Made by a program: the position numbers and the translations under genes. Below the pieces are notes generated by a model. That model saw nothing but the letters and a program-made list of their open reading frames with translations. It had not been told where the DNA came from and made no database searches. A stretch of 63,714 bases of DNA, filler included, from Licmophora abbreviata (taxonomy: Eukaryota): assembly GCA_900291995.1 (NCBI GenBank). It is 18 parts of 18 records of this genome, joined end to end, with 100 filler letters (N's around TTAATTAATTAA, not from the genome) between each part and the next. Parts side by side here need not be neighbours in the genome. Positions count along the whole stretch, not along the records: positions 25,345 to 29,333 come from OLMU01002202.1; positions 29,434 to 33,318 come from OLMU01002203.1; positions 33,419 to 34,814 come from OLMU01002204.1; positions 34,915 to 36,207 come from OLMU01002205.1; positions 36,308 to 38,536 come from OLMU01002208.1; 13 more parts are not named here. One strand, written 5' to 3'. The first letter of the stretch is position 1. Each line of letters begins with the position of its first letter. This document shows positions 25,542 through 38,071 of the stretch, in pieces.

Positions 25542-25594
25542 ATTCTTGAAATGTTCTCCTTTTGTCTCCATACCTGTCGGAACAAGAGGTGAAC
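25542..25594 (+). promoter_or_regulatory. LexA (SOS) boxes of recA
   Basis: GAAC-AAGAGGT-GAAC at 25580-25594 (perfect alphaproteobacterial box) and ATTC-N7-GTTC at 25542-25556. Confidence 0.88.
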
Positions 25595-25645
25595 ACAGGC
25601 AGCGATTGCCGCTCGATACAGGGTGTGAAATAAGGGACCGGAACA

Positions 25646-26740
25646 ATGGCAACGGCAGATCTTTTGACAATGGACAGCAAGAAGAACGCGGACAAGCAAA
25701 AGGCGCTGGAAAGCGCGCTGGCGCAGATCGAACGGCAGTTCGGCAAGGGCTCGATCATGAAAATGGGGTCGGACAACCCCGTTGCCGATATCGAGGCGAC
25801 CTCGACCGGGTCGCTGGGGCTGGATATCGCGCTTGGAATCGGCGGTCTGCCGAAAGGCCGGATCGTTGAGATCTACGGTCCGGAAAGCTCGGGCAAGACG
25901 ACGTTGACGCTGCATTGCGTGGCCGAGGAACAGAAAAAGGGTGGGGTCTGCGCCTTCGTGGATGCCGAACATGCGCTCGACCCGATCTATGCGCAGAAGC
26001 TGGGCGTGGATATCAACGAATTGCTGATCTCGCAGCCCGATACCGGCGAGCAGTCTCTGGAGATCGTGGATACCTTGGTGCGGTCCGGGGCGGTCAGCAT
26101 GATCGTCGTTGATTCTGTGGCGGCGCTGACGCCCAAATCCGAGCTTGAAGGCGATATGGGCGACAGCAATGTGGGCGTGCAGGCCCGCCTGATGAGCCAG
26201 GCGATGCGCAAGCTGACCGGGTCGATCAGCCGCAGCAAATGCACGGTGATCTTCATCAACCAGATCCGCATGAAGATCGGCGTGATGTTCGGCAGCCCGG
26301 AAACCACGACGGGCGGCAACGCGTTGAAATTCTACAGCTCCGTGCGTCTGGATATCCGCCGCATCGGCTCGATCAAGGACCGCGACGAGGTGGTCGGCAA
26401 CGCGACACGCGTGAAGGTGGTGAAGAACAAGGTGGCCCCGCCGTTCAAGCAGGTGGAATTCGACATCATGTATGGTGAAGGCATCTCGAAAACCGGAGAG
26501 CTTCTGGATCTTGGCGTCAAGGCTGGTGTGGTGGAGAAATCGGGCAGCTGGTTCAGCTATGGCGACGAGCGCATCGGTCAGGGCCGCGAGAATGCCAAGC
26601 AGTTTCTCAAGGACAACCCCAAGATCGCTTACAGTATCGAGGACAAGATCCGTGCGTCGCACGGGTTGGAATTCGATATGGCCGAGCCTGAGGGGGGCGG
26701 TCATGGCGGCCCTGAGGGCGACGATATCCTCGAGGCGTGA
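25646..26740 (+). CDS. recA: Recombinase RecA
   Basis: [34 protein letters not shown]. Confidence 0.99.
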   Translation: MATADLLTMDSKKNADKQKALESALAQIERQFGKGSIMKMGSDNPVADIEATSTGSLGLDIALGIGGLPKGRIVEIYGPESSGKTTLTLHCVAEEQKKGGVCAFVDAEHALDPIYAQKLGVDINELLISQPDTGEQSLEIVDTLVRSGAVSMIVVDSVAALTPKSELEGDMGDSNVGVQARLMSQAMRKLTGSISRSKCTVIFINQIRMKIGVMFGSPETTTGGNALKFYSSVRLDIRRIGSIKDRDEVVGNATRVKVVKNKVAPPFKQVEFDIMYGEGISKTGELLDLGVKAGVVEKSGSWFSYGDERIGQGRENAKQFLKDNPKIAYSIEDKIRASHGLEFDMAEPEGGGHGGPEGDDILEA

Positions 26741-26901
26741 CGGTCCTTCGGGACCGGGGTTGAAGGTTGAAGGCCCGCGCGCACACTTGCGGCGGGTCTT
26801 TCCCCGGCTGAGCGGGCGCTTTCTTGCGGTGGACACCGGCAACGGTGCTGGATAAACCTGCACGAACGCAAGCCCAGACCGCTCCGGATAAAGAGACACA
26901 G

Positions 26902-27093
26902 ATGCCCACGCTCAACGACATCCGCTCGACCTTTCTGAATTTTTTCGAAAAGAACGATCACCAGATCGTCGACAGCTCGCCGCTTGTCCCGCGCAACGAT
27001 CCGACCCTGATGTTCACCAATTCGGGGATGGTTCAATTCAAGAACCTTTTCACCGGGGTCGAACATCGCGATTACAGCCGGGCGGCAACCAGT

Positions 27094-27128
<35 letters not shown>

Positions 27129-29530
27129 TCTGGACAATGTGGGCTATACCGCGCGGCACCACACGTTTTTCGAGATGCTGGGGAATTTCAGCTTCGGCGA
27201 CTACTTCAAGGAACAGGCGATCCCTTATGCCTGGGACTTGCTGACCAAGGATTTCGGGATCGACAAATCCAAGCTGCTGGTCACGGTCTATCACACCGAT
27301 GACGAGGCGGCGAATATCTGGAAGAAATACGCGGGCCTGCCGGAAGAGCGGATCATCCGGATCGCCACGGATGACAATTTCTGGTCGATGGGCGCGACCG
27401 GGCCGTGCGGGCCGTGCACGGAAATTTTCTATGACCACGGTCCCGAAATCTGGGGTGGCCCGCCGGGCAGCCCGGAAGAGGATGGCGACCGGTTCATCGA
27501 GATCTGGAACCTTGTTTTCATGCAGAACGAGCGGTTCGAGGATGGCACGCAGCGCGATCTGGACATGCAGTCGATCGACACCGGTATGGGGCTGGAGCGG
27601 ATCGGCGCGCTGTTGCAGGGCAAACATGACAATTACGACACCGATCTCTTGCGCGCTTTGATCGAGGCCAGCGCCAATATCACCGATGGCGCGCCCGATG
27701 GGCCGGGCAATGTGCATCATCGGGTGATCGCGGATCACCTGCGCTCGACCTCGTTCCTGATCGCGGATGGGGTGATGCCGTCGAATGAAGGGCGCGGCTA
27801 TGTGCTGCGGCGGATCATGCGCCGCGCGATGCGCCACGCGCATCAGCTGGGCGCGGGCGATCCGGTGATGCACCGGCTGGTGCCGAGCCTTGTTGCGCAG
27901 ATGGGGCAGGCCTATCCGGAGCTGGGGCGCGCGCAGGCGCTGATCGAGGAGACGCTGAAACTGGAGGAGACGCGGTTCCGGCAGACGTTGGATCGCGGGT
28001 TGAGGCTTCTGGATGACGAGTTGGACAAGCTGGCCAGCGATGCGCCGCTGCCCGGGGAAACGGCGTTCAAGCTATACGACACGTTCGGGTTCCCACTGGA
28101 CCTGACGCAAGATGCGCTGCGCGAAATGGGCCGGTCGGTGGATGTGGCCGGGTTCGATGCGGCGATGTCCGAGCAGAAGGCCAAGGCGCGCGCGGCATGG
28201 TCCGGCTCGGGCGAGGCGGCGGATGCGACGATCTGGTACGATATCGCCGATGACAAGGGCACCACGGATTTCCTGGGCTATGACACGGAACGCGCCGAGG
28301 GCCAGATCACGGCGCTTGTGCGCGATGCGCAGCGGATCGAGGCCGCGTCACAGGGCGAAGAGGTGCAGATCGTTCTGAATCAGACGCCGTTTTATGCCGA
28401 ATCCGGTGGTCAGGTGGGCGATATCGGGGTGTTGCGCACCGAAGGCGGGGCGGCACGGATCACCGACACGCGCAAGGTGGCGGGTGTTTTCCTGCATGTG
28501 GCCGAAGTGACCGAGGGGCGGATTGCGGCGGGCGAGGCCGCGCAGCTGGAGGTCGATCACGCGCGGCGCGCAGCGATCCGGGCCAACCATTCGGCGACGC
28601 ATCTGCTGCATGAGGCGCTGCGCGAGGCGCTTGGCGATCACGTGGCACAGCGCGGGTCGTTGAATGCGCCGGACCGGCTGCGGTTCGATTTCAGCCATGC
28701 CAAGGCCTTGAGCGCGGAGGAATTGGAGCGGGTGGAGGCGGATGTGAATGGCTTCATCCGTCAGAACGCGCCCGTGGATACGCGGATCATGACGCCGGAT
28801 GACGCGCGCGCGCTTGGGGCGCAGGCGTTGTTCGGTGAGAAATACGGCGACGAGGTGCGCGTCGTGTCGATGGGCAAGCTGGACGGGTCGGGCAAGGGCT
28901 CGGACGGGCGGACCTATTCGATCGAGCTGTGTGGCGGTACGCATGTGCGCCAGACCGGGGATATCGGGGTGTTCGTGGTGACCGGCGATCAGGCGTCGAG
29001 CGCGGGTGTGCGCCGGATCGAGGCGCTGACCGGAGAGGCGGCGCGGCAGTATCTGAGTGCGCAGGCGCATCGGGTGGATGCGCTGGCCGCCGAGTTGAAG
29101 GCGCGGCCCGACGATGTGGTGACCCGCGTGAAGGCGCTGATGGATGAGCGCAAGCAGCTGGCCAATGAAGTGGCGCAGCTGCGCCGCGAGCTGGCGATGG
29201 CGGGTGGCGCGGGGCAAGGCGACGGCCCTGAGGTGCGCGAGATCGGCGGCGTGCCGTTCCTTGCGCAGGTGCTGCGCGGCGTGTCGGGCAAGGATCTGCC
29301 GGCGATCATCGACGAGCACAAGGCGCGGATGGGNNNNNNNNNNNNNNNNNNNNNNNNNNNNNNNNNNNNNNNNNNNNTTAATTAATTAANNNNNNNNNNN
29401 NNNNNNNNNNNNNNNNNNNNNNNNNNNNNNNNNCGGCGGCGGGCGGCCCGATATGGCGCAGGGCGGTGGCCCCGATGCGGGCAATGCCGATGCGGCGATC
29501 AGGGCCGCCGAACAGATATTGGAGGGATAA
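26902..29530 (+). CDS. alaS: Alanine--tRNA ligase, split by gap 29334-29433
   Basis: [47 protein letters not shown]-terminus after gap. Confidence 0.98.
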
Positions 29531-29533
29531 GCG

Positions 29534-29821
29534 ATGCCAGCACTCTGGATTGCGCATGTGACGGTGACCGACGCGGAGGCCTATGGCCGATATGCCGAGC
29601 TGGCCGGGCCTGCGATTGCGCAGCATGGCGGGCAGTTCATTGCCCGTGGCGGGCGCTATGTGCAGCTTGAGGGCAAGGAGCGCCCACGCAATGTCGTGGC
29701 GCGCTTTCCGTCGGTCGAGGCGGCGGAGGCGTGTTACCATAGCCCCGAATATCAAGAGGCGCTGAGCCATGCGCGCGGCGCGTCCGAGCGCGAATTGCTG
29801 ATCGTCGAGACCACCGAATAG
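29534..29821 (+). CDS. DUF1330-family protein
   Basis: GGQFIARGG, FPSVEAA..YHSPEYQ signature. Confidence 0.88.
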   Translation: MPALWIAHVTVTDAEAYGRYAELAGPAIAQHGGQFIARGGRYVQLEGKERPRNVVARFPSVEAAEACYHSPEYQEALSHARGASERELLIVETTE

Positions 29822-29879
29822 GCACTGGCCAGCCGCCGGGCGCGCGCTATCTGCTTGCAGCGGATAAAGGAGGCGCGCG

Positions 29880-30428
29880 ATGCGGTTTTTGCTTTTGGCT
29901 GCGATGCTTTGGCTGCCTTTGGAGGCAATGGCGCAGGATATGTCGATGCTCAAGCAGCCGGGGGTTGTTGCGCTGATGCGGCATGCGCTGGCGCCGGGCA
30001 CGGGGGATCCGGCCAATTTCGAGATCGGCGATTGCAGCACGCAGCGCAACCTGGATGCACGGGGCCGCGATCAGGCCCGGCGTGCAGGCGAGGCGATGCG
30101 GGCGGCGGGCGTGAGCTTCGATCACATCTGGACAAGCCAGTGGTGCCGGGCGCGCGAGACCGCGGAGTTGCTGGAGATCGGGGATGTGGTGGAGCAACCG
30201 CCGCTCAATTCGTTCTTTCAGGGGCGCGGCGACCGGGCGGCGCAAACGGCCCGCACGCAAGCGATGATCGACGCGCTGCCGCAGGGGGCGCGTGTCCTGC
30301 TGGTGGGGCATTTCGTGAATATCAGCGCGCTGACCGGGGTCGGCCCCGGTTCGGGCGAGATCATCGTGACCCGCCGCGACGGGCGCGGCGGGCTGGAGGT
30401 GGTGGGCCGGATCGCGACCGCGCCCTGA
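29880..30428 (+). CDS. Exported histidine phosphatase family protein
   Basis: Signal peptide; RHA, QRNL, CRARETA, VGH motifs. Confidence 0.85.
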   Translation: MRFLLLAAMLWLPLEAMAQDMSMLKQPGVVALMRHALAPGTGDPANFEIGDCSTQRNLDARGRDQARRAGEAMRAAGVSFDHIWTSQWCRARETAELLEIGDVVEQPPLNSFFQGRGDRAAQTARTQAMIDALPQGARVLLVGHFVNISALTGVGPGSGEIIVTRRDGRGGLEVVGRIATAP

Positions 30429-30440
30429 GGACTGTGCGCC

Positions 30441-32261
30441 TCAGGAGGATTTCGACGCGCGCTTGCGCTCGTGCGGATCGAGATGCCGCTTGCGCAGACG
30501 GATCGCGTTGGGGGTCACCTCGACCAGTTCATCGTCGTCGATATAGGCGATGGCCTCTTCGAGACTCATGGTGATCGGCGTGGTGAGGCGCACGGCCTCG
30601 TCGGTGCCCGAGGCGCGCACGTTGGTGAGTTTCTTGCCCTTGAGGGGATTCACCTCGAGATCGTTTTCGCGGCTGTGCTCGCCGATGATCATGCCCTGAT
30701 AGACCTTGGCCTGAGCGCCGATGAACATGCGGCCGCGATCTTCGAGGTTCCAGAGCGCATAGGCGACCGACTCGCCGTCTTCCATGGAGATCAGCACACC
30801 GGCACGGCGGCCGGGGATCGGGCCTTTGTGGGGCGCCCAGCTGTGGAAGACGCGGTTGAGCACGCCGGTGCCGCGCGTATCGGTCAGAAATTCGCCCTGA
30901 TAGCCAATGAGCCCGCGCGAGGGGACATGGGCGATGATCCGGGTCTTGCCGGCACCGCCGGGGCGCATTTCGGCCAGGTCGCCCTTGCGCGCGCCGGTGA
31001 TCTTTTCGATCACCGCACCCGAGTAATCGTCATCCACGTCGATGGTGACTTCTTCGATGGGTTCGAGCGTGGTGCCGTCGGCATCCTTGCGCAGCAGCAC
31101 TTGCGGGCGCGAGATCGACAGCTCGAAGCCTTCGCGGCGCATGTTCTCGATCAAAACGCCCATCTGCAATTCGCCACGGCCCGCAACCTCGAAGGCTTCG
31201 CCGCCGGGGGTGTCGGTGACCTTGATGGCGACGTTCGATTCGGCCTCTTTCATCAGGCGTTCGCGGATCACGCGCGATTGCACTTTCTTGCCGTCACGGC
31301 CCGCGAGGGGGCTGTCGTTGATCCCGAAGGTGACCGAGATGGTTGGCGGATCGATCGGCTGGGCCTCGAGCGGCTCATCCACGGCGAGCGCACAGATCGT
31401 ATCGGCGACGGTGGCTTTCTGCATACCGGCAAGGCTGACGATATCGCCGGCTGCCGCCTCGTCGATGTCCTGCTGGCCAAGGCCGCGGAACGCCTGAATG
31501 CGGGTGACGCGGAATTGTTCGATCTTCTGGCCCACGCGGCTGATGGCCTGCACGGTCTGACCGACCTTGAGGCGGCCGGTCTCGACCCGGCCGGTCAGGA
31601 TGCGGCCCACGAAGGGGTCGGCGCTGAGGGTGGTGGCGAGCATGCGGAAATCGTCGTTCACGTGCTTGATCTGGCGCGGGGCGGGGACGTGATTCACGAT
31701 CAGGTCAAACAGCGCCGAGAGATCCTTGCGCGGTCCGGTCAATTCGGTATCGGCCCAGCCTGCGCGGCCCGAGGCGTAGAGATGCGGGAAATCCAGCTGA
31801 TCTTCGTTCGCGTCGAGATTGGCGAAGAGATCGAAGCATTCATCGAGCGCGCGATCGGGTTCGGCATCGGGCTTGTCGACCTTGTTGAGCACCACGATCG
31901 GACGCAGGCCGAGGGCAAGCGCCTTGGAGGTGACGAATTTGGTCTGCGGCATCGGGCCTTCGGCGGCATCGACCAGCAGAACGACGCCGTCGACCATGCT
32001 GAGGATACGCTCGACCTCGCCGCCGAAATCGGCGTGGCCGGGGGTGTCGACGATGTTGATGCGCGTGGTCTTCCATTCGACGCTGGTGGCTTTGGCGAGG
32101 ATGGTGATGCCCCGCTCACGCTCGAGGTCGTTGGAGTCCATGGCGCGTTCGTCCACGGCCTGATTGGCGCGGAAGGCGCCGGATTGCTTGAGAAGTTCGT
32201 CGACAAGCGTGGTCTTGCCATGGTCGACGTGAGCGATGATTGCGATGTTGCGCAGGTCCAT
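30441..32261 (-). CDS. typA: Translational GTPase TypA/BipA
   Basis: [34 protein letters not shown]. Confidence 0.98.
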   Translation of the reverse strand: MDLRNIAIIAHVDHGKTTLVDELLKQSGAFRANQAVDERAMDSNDLERERGITILAKATSVEWKTTRINIVDTPGHADFGGEVERILSMVDGVVLLVDAAEGPMPQTKFVTSKALALGLRPIVVLNKVDKPDAEPDRALDECFDLFANLDANEDQLDFPHLYASGRAGWADTELTGPRKDLSALFDLIVNHVPAPRQIKHVNDDFRMLATTLSADPFVGRILTGRVETGRLKVGQTVQAISRVGQKIEQFRVTRIQAFRGLGQQDIDEAAAGDIVSLAGMQKATVADTICALAVDEPLEAQPIDPPTISVTFGINDSPLAGRDGKKVQSRVIRERLMKEAESNVAIKVTDTPGGEAFEVAGRGELQMGVLIENMRREGFELSISRPQVLLRKDADGTTLEPIEEVTIDVDDDYSGAVIEKITGARKGDLAEMRPGGAGKTRIIAHVPSRGLIGYQGEFLTDTRGTGVLNRVFHSWAPHKGPIPGRRAGVLISMEDGESVAYALWNLEDRGRMFIGAQAKVYQGMIIGEHSRENDLEVNPLKGKKLTNVRASGTDEAVRLTTPITMSLEEAIAYIDDDELVEVTPNAIRLRKRHLDPHERKRASKSS

Positions 32262-32363
32262 TTTGGTCCGATCCCGGGGAAGTTTCCCTGCGCCCTATAG
32301 GCTGTGGGGCAGAAAAGAAAGAGGCAAAAGCGCCGCGCGGCAGGGTTGTGAGTGTGCATAAGC

Positions 32364-32390
32364 AAAAGGGCCACCCCGGAAGGTGGCCCC
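32364..32390 (-). terminator. Rho-independent terminator after ssb
   Basis: Minus strand GGGGCCACC-TTCCGG-GGTGGCCCTTTT. Confidence 0.8.
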
Positions 32391-32412
32391 GAAATGCTGC
32401 GATGCGGCAAGA

Positions 32413-32931
32413 TCAGAACGGGATTTCGTCGTCGATATCGCGCGATGGGCCACGGGCCGGTTCGCCCTGCGGGCCGCCGCGGCCCGGATCGTTGTCATAG
32501 CCGCCGTACCCGCCGCCGTAATCGCCGCTGTCCTGACCGCCGCCATAAGAGCCGCCGCCGCCGCCGCCGCCGGCATCGCTGCGGCCATCGAGGAAGGTCA
32601 TTTCACCGGCATAGGGGCGCAGCACCACTTCGGTGCTGTAGCGGTCCTGTCCGGATTGGTCCTGCCATTTGCGGGTTTCGAGCTTGCCCTCGATGTAGAC
32701 CTTGGAGCCTTTGCGAAGATATTGTTCGGCCAGACGCACGAGAGCTTCGTTGAAGATCGCCACGGTGTGCCATTCGGTCCGCTCGCGGCGTTCGCCGGTG
32801 GTGCGATCTTTCCAGTTTTCGGAGGTGGCGATGCGCAGGTTGCAGACCTTGCCCCCGTTCTGGAAGGTGCGCACTTCGGGATCGCGGCCCAGATTGCCGA
32901 TGAGAATTACCTTGTTGACTGAGCCGGCCAT
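32413..32931 (-). CDS. ssb: Single-stranded DNA-binding protein
   Basis: [16 protein letters not shown]; Gly-rich linker; DDEIPF tail. Confidence 0.99.
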   Translation of the reverse strand: MAGSVNKVILIGNLGRDPEVRTFQNGGKVCNLRIATSENWKDRTTGERRERTEWHTVAIFNEALVRLAEQYLRKGSKVYIEGKLETRKWQDQSGQDRYSTEVVLRPYAGEMTFLDGRSDAGGGGGGGSYGGGQDSGDYGGGYGGYDNDPGRGGPQGEPARGPSRDIDDEIPF

Positions 32932-33129
32932 GGCGGACCTCCTTGGAACTGTCGCTTGCGTCTATGCGCAGCGTTACACCATCGCATGGGGATGAAGGAA
33001 AGGTAAATTTTGCCGAAAATTCGCATGGCTGGTCGGGAAAAACGACGCAGGCGGCTGCAGGCAACTGGAATTCAAGACGGATTCGCGTATATTGCGCCGA
33101 AGCGAAACAAGCCGGGGGGCAGAGCGCGC

Positions 33130-33749
33130 ATGCGGTATCTTATGGTTGCGGTGATGTCGTGCGGCATTCTGATGCCGCTTGTTGGCCATGCGGATGTGCT
33201 GTCCAGCAAGAACCGGGCCATGGTGTTCAAGTCGCAGACCAAGGTTCTGGATACCCGCGCCAAGCAGCAATACAACAATTCGGTGCGCTTGCAGCCGCAG
33301 GCATTTCAGACCCCGACCNNNNNNNNNNNNNNNNNNNNNNNNNNNNNNNNNNNNNNNNNNNNTTAATTAATTAANNNNNNNNNNNNNNNNNNNNNNNNNN
33401 NNNNNNNNNNNNNNNNNNACGGCGGCACGATGTGCCGGTCGATCTGTTCTTGCGGCTTGTGCAGCAGGAATCGAGGTGGAACCCCAAGGCGGTGTCGCAC
33501 AAGGGCGCGATCGGACTGGCGCAGCTGATGCCGGGGACGGCGCGTCTGTTGCGGGTCAATCCGCATGATCCTTACGAGAACCTCGATGGGGGCGCGCGGT
33601 ATCTGGCCGAGCAGTATCGCACCTTCAGGTCATGGCCGCTGGCGCTGGCGGCGTATAATGCGGGGCCGGGGGCGGTGCAGAAATACGGCGGCGTTCCCCC
33701 GTTCAAGGAAACGCGCAACTATGTGCGGATCATCTGGGGCAACGGCTGA
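33130..33749 (+). CDS. Lytic transglycosylase (SLT domain), split by gap 33319-33418
   Basis: Signal peptide; QES, GLAQLMP, AAYNAG, ETRNYV. Confidence 0.9.
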
Positions 33750-33769
33750 GCCGCGGCGGGCCCTATGGG

Positions 33770-35524
33770 TTACGCCGAAAAGCCGATCTTGTAGAGATGG
33801 ATTTCGTTGGCCGGGTGTTTCTCGGCATTCACCAGCGTGCCGTTGTGGTGATTGTAGAGTGCGCGCCAATAGGGCTGGATGATCACACCGTCTTCGCGCA
33901 TCGTCGTCTGAATGCGGCGCATCACCTCGCGGCGGGCGTCGGCATCGGTGAGCGACATGGCCTGATCCAGAAGCGCATCGAAGGCCGGGTTGGCATAGCC
34001 GCTTTCGTTCCAGGCGGCGTCCGAGCGGTAGGCCAAGTTCAGGATCTGGATGCCAAGGGGGCGGTGGTTCCATAAGGTGAGCGAGAAGGGAAATTCCTTC
34101 CAGTTGTCCCAGAACTCGGCGCCGGGAAGGATCACGCGGCGCACGGAGATTCCGGCATCATTGAGCTGTGCTGCCACCGCATCGCCGGTATTGCGCTGCC
34201 ATTCGTCATCGAGCGTGACCAGCGTATGCTCGAAATCGCCAAGCCCCGCCGCGCGGATATCGGCCAGCGCCTGATCGGGATCATAGGGGGCGGGGCCAAG
34301 ATCGGCATGGGCGGGATGCAGAGGGCTGACATGGTCATTGGCGGCGACGGTGCCACGCCCGGCATGGCCCAGCTCGAGGCAGATCTCGTTGTTGACGGCC
34401 AGCGCCATCGCCCGGCGCAAGGCGGCGTTGGCATAGGGGGTGGCGCCGTCGATCTCGGCGCGGGCATTGGCGCGGATCACGGCGGTGGAGGCGCTTTCGG
34501 TGCGGGTGCGGGTCCAGCCGATGGCGTCCATGATGTCGATGAAATCGCCCACGCTTTCATAGAGCAGGTCGATGTCCCCGTCGCGCGCGGCGTCGACCCA
34601 TTTCGAGGGGTCGGTGCCGTAATCGATGAATTCGATGCGGTCCAGATAGGGCCCGCCGAAGACCTCGGTGCCCCACCACTGATGCGCGGGATCGCGTTCG
34701 AGCACGCAGCTTTTGCCGACCTCGAGGCTGACAGGGCGGAAGGGACCGGTGCCGATGCCATGCATGAAGGGATCGCCACCATCATAGGAGGAATGCACGA
34801 TAGCGGCAGGATAANNNNNNNNNNNNNNNNNNNNNNNNNNNNNNNNNNNNNNNNNNNNTTAATTAATTAANNNNNNNNNNNNNNNNNNNNNNNNNNNNNN
34901 NNNNNNNNNNNNNNCGATCACGGTGATGTCGGGGGCCGACAGCTGCAAGGTCACGGTCAGATCGTCGGGCGTGCCCACGGCGCCGTCGCGCAGCTGGCCT
35001 GTCGCGGGGTCGATCAGGCCGGGAAAGCGGCTGGCCATGCCATTGCGCGGCGCGGTGCTGTCGCACCAGCGCGCCAGATTATGCGCGACATCCGCCGAGG
35101 TGAAGCGATCGCCATTGTTCCATGTGATGCCGGGGCGCAGGTTGAGCACGTATCGGGTGGCGTCTTCGTTGACCTGCCATGTCTCGAGCAGAAGGCCGCG
35201 AAACGTGCCATCGGCGTTGTACTCCACCAGATATTCCAGAAAGCCCCGGGTCTGATTGCCCATCTCGCTCCAGTCATAGCTGCGCGGATCGCGCAGGGCC
35301 TTGACGTTTTGCTGGATGCGCAGCGTGCCGCCCTGAGCGATCGCGGTCTGGGCCGGGGCAGGGGTGGGCAAGCCGCCAAGCGCGAAAGCCGCCGCCGCAC
35401 CGACACCAAGGCCGGTGGCACGGGTCAGAAACTCGCGCCGGTCGATGCGTCCTTCCTGTAGCGCGCGGGCGAGGGGCCGGGCGGCAGGATGGAAAGAGGC
35501 GGGGCGGCGGGGGCGTGAAGGCAT
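33770..35524 (-). CDS. ABC transporter substrate-binding protein family 5, Tat-exported, split by gap 34815-34914
   Basis: DRREFL twin-arginine motif, GGTLRI, LRPGITW, GTGPF, WNESG. Confidence 0.88.
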
Positions 35525-35637
35525 GTGCTGAAATTCGCTTTCGGTTGGCGTGGGGAGACAGGCAATCGGGTGCGGGCGCGTTTATGAGGTGCAAATCAGG
35601 ACTCGCAGTTCCATTACACATCCGGGGCGCTGCGAGT

Positions 35638-36207
35638 TCAACCAAAACCGCGTTCGGCGGCTTGCGGCATCGTCGCGCCATGCGCCGCCCGGCGCAGTTG
35701 GGTGGGCGTCTGTCCGGTGTGGTGCAGCATGAAACGCGAGAAATAGGCAGCACTTCGAAAGCCCAGCATGGCGGCGATGCGGTTGAAAGGATGATCCGAT
35801 TGGTCCAGCAGGCTGCGCGCGGCGTGCAGGATCCGTTGCGTGAGAAGCTGAGAGGCACTCATGCCCGCGCATTGCCGACAGGTGCGGGTCAGATGGGTGG
35901 GTGTGACGCCGAGCGCGCGGGCGAAATCGGCCATCGGCTTGCCAGTCGCGTGGTCCCGTTCGATCAGGGCGGCATAGGCCCGGACAAGTCGTTCGGCGGC
36001 AGGAGGGCGGGCCGGATCGGGGTCTTGCTCGATCATGCTGCGCCGGAGCCAGACCCCGAGCAGAACGGAATGGGCGCGCATCGCCTCGTCCGAGAAGGGC
36101 CGCTGTGCCTTGTCCTCGCGCTGCATGGTTTCAAGGATCGTCGTCAATTCCGACTGTGCATGGACATCGCGCAGCCGCAGAAGCTGTGCGCTGTCAGGCA
36201 TCGGCAC
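35638..36207 (-). CDS. AraC-family transcriptional regulator (5' end in gap)
   Basis: LGVTPTHLTR and IAAMLGFRSAAYFSRF double HTH. Confidence 0.9.
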   Translation of the reverse strand: MPMPDSAQLLRLRDVHAQSELTTILETMQREDKAQRPFSDEAMRAHSVLLGVWLRRSMIEQDPDPARPPAAERLVRAYAALIERDHATGKPMADFARALGVTPTHLTRTCRQCAGMSASQLLTQRILHAARSLLDQSDHPFNRIAAMLGFRSAAYFSRFMLHHTGQTPTQLRRAAHGATMPQAAERGFG

Positions 36208-36307
36208 NNNNNNNNNNNNNNNNNNNNNNNNNNNNNNNNNNNNNNNNNNNNTTAATTAATTAANNNNNNNNNNNNNNNNNNNNNNNNNNNNNNNNNNNNN
36301 NNNNNNN

Positions 36308-36552
36308 AATTGAACGAGGAGCGCCGCAAGGAGCTGACCAAGGTCGCGGCCCAATATGCCGAGCATGCCCGCGTCGCCGTGCGCAACGTGCGCCGGGATG
36401 GCATGGACCAGATCAAGAAGGCCAAGGCCGACGGCATGTCCGAGGATGACCAGAAGTTCTGGGAAACCGAGGTGCAGGACCTGACCAACAAGTTTATCGC
36501 GCAGGTCGACGAGGCGCTTGAGACCAAGCAAGCCGAGATCATGCAGGTGTGA
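36308..36552 (+). CDS. frr: Ribosome recycling factor (3' part)
   Basis: EERRKEL.K...[10 protein letters not shown]...K.AEIMQV. Confidence 0.95.
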
Positions 36553-36569
36553 CGATGAAGGATTGCGAC

Positions 36570-37295
36570 ATGGCGAGGAACAGCCCCCCGACCGGTGGAC
36601 CGCGCCATGTGGCGATCATCATGGATGGCAATGGCAGATGGGCGCAGGCGCGCGGACGGCCGCGCCTTTTCGGGCATCACGCAGGCGCCCGGCGCGTGCG
36701 CGACATCGTCAGCGCCTGCCCGGAACTGGGCGTGGATTACCTGACGATCTTTGCCTTCTCGACCGAGAACTGGAAGCGCACCCAGACCGAGGTGTCCGGG
36801 CTGATGGCGCTGTTCCGGCGGTATATCATCAAGGAAATGCAGGAATTCGTGAAGGAAAACGTGCGGGTGCGGTTCATCGGGGATCGTCGGCGGCTTGATC
36901 GGTCCTTGCAGGACCTGATGGATGAGGCCGAGACGATGACGAGCCATTGCACCCGTCTCAACCTGACCATAGCGCTGAATTACGGCGGGCGCGACGAGGT
37001 GGCACGGGCCACCAAGCGGCTGGCGCAGGATGTGGCGCTTGGGCGGCTCGACCCGGAGGCCGTGGATGAGGAAACCCTGCCCAAGTATCTGGATACCTGC
37101 GTTCTGCCGGATCCCGATCTGGTGATCCGCACCAGCGGCGAGGCGCGGATTTCCAACTTCTTGCTGTGGCAATCGGCCTATTCGGAATATGAATTCATCG
37201 ATACGCTCTGGCCGGATTTCTCCAAGGATATCTTTACCGACGTGCTCCGGAGTTATGGCGCGCGCGAGCGGCGTTTCGGCGCCGTCATCGGATGA
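36570..37295 (+). CDS. uppS: Undecaprenyl diphosphate synthase
   Basis: HVAIIMDGNGRWA, FSTENWKR, IRTSGE.RISNFLLWQ; start could be 36549-36570. Confidence 0.96.
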   Translation: MARNSPPTGGPRHVAIIMDGNGRWAQARGRPRLFGHHAGARRVRDIVSACPELGVDYLTIFAFSTENWKRTQTEVSGLMALFRRYIIKEMQEFVKENVRVRFIGDRRRLDRSLQDLMDEAETMTSHCTRLNLTIALNYGGRDEVARATKRLAQDVALGRLDPEAVDEETLPKYLDTCVLPDPDLVIRTSGEARISNFLLWQSAYSEYEFIDTLWPDFSKDIFTDVLRSYGARERRFGAVIG

Positions 37296-38071
37296 GTTCA
37301 CCGGCCCGCTGGTCCGACCTTGCGCCGCGGCTTTTGTCGGGGCTGGCGATGGCTGTGGCGGGTGCGGTGGCGCTGTGGTCGGGGGGCTGGATCTTCAAGG
37401 GCATGATCTGTGCGCTGGCTGGCCTGATGACATGGGAGGCCGCGCGGATGCTCGGCGCCAAGGGGCCTGTCGGGCTTGGGCTTTTGTCGGCTGTGGCGCT
37501 GGCGCTTGCGTTGCTGCTGCCGGGAATAGTCGTGCTGCCGGCGCTGGCGGCGGCGGCGCTGGTGGGGGCCACGCAGTCGGGGCGCGAGGGCGGGGTCTAT
37601 GCCGTGTTCGTGCTGTGGGTTCTGCTGGGCTGCTATGGGTTCGGCGTTTTGCTGGACGCGGCTGGCCTTGGCTGGATCGCGTGGCTGGTGCTGGTGGTGG
37701 TGGTGTCGGATGTGGCGGGCTATTTCGCGGGCCGCATCCTTGGCGGGCCGAAATTCTGGCCGCGCTTCAGCCCCAAGAAAACATGGTCCGGCACGCTGGC
37801 AGGCTGGGCCGGGGCGGGGATCGTCGGGCTGGTCTTTGCCGAACCGCTCGGGGCCGGGGCGGGGCTTGTCGTGATCTCGATGCTGGTGGGCTTCGCCGGG
37901 CAGATGGGCGACATCGCGGAAAGTGCGGTGAAGCGGCGGACCGGGGTGAAGGACAGCTCTCACCTCATTCCGGGGCATGGGGGCGTGCTTGACAGGTTCG
38001 ATGCGATGCTTGGCGCTGCGATGATGGTGATGATCTTGTGGATGGCCGGCGTGATGCCGGGGCTGACATGA
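37292..38071 (+). CDS. cdsA: Phosphatidate cytidylyltransferase
   Basis: SPKKTWSG, GD..ES.VKR, KDS..LIPGHGG.LDRFD. Confidence 0.95.
   Translation: MSSPARWSDLAPRLLSGLAMAVAGAVALWSGGWIFKGMICALAGLMTWEAARMLGAKGPVGLGLLSAVALALALLLPGIVVLPALAAAALVGATQSGREGGVYAVFVLWVLLGCYGFGVLLDAAGLGWIAWLVLVVVVSDVAGYFAGRILGGPKFWPRFSPKKTWSGTLAGWAGAGIVGLVFAEPLGAGAGLVVISMLVGFAGQMGDIAESAVKRRTGVKDSSHLIPGHGGVLDRFDAMLGAAMMVMILWMAGVMPGLT

Noticed and set aside
30471..32300. 609-aa ORF antisense to typA, and similar ones opposite ligA, recA, proB and ppk2
   Set aside because: Codon-register mirror ORFs expected from high GC3; no RBS or recognisable motifs.
32500..32575. (GCC)n low-complexity tract
   Set aside because: Encodes the normal Gly-rich linker of SSB.
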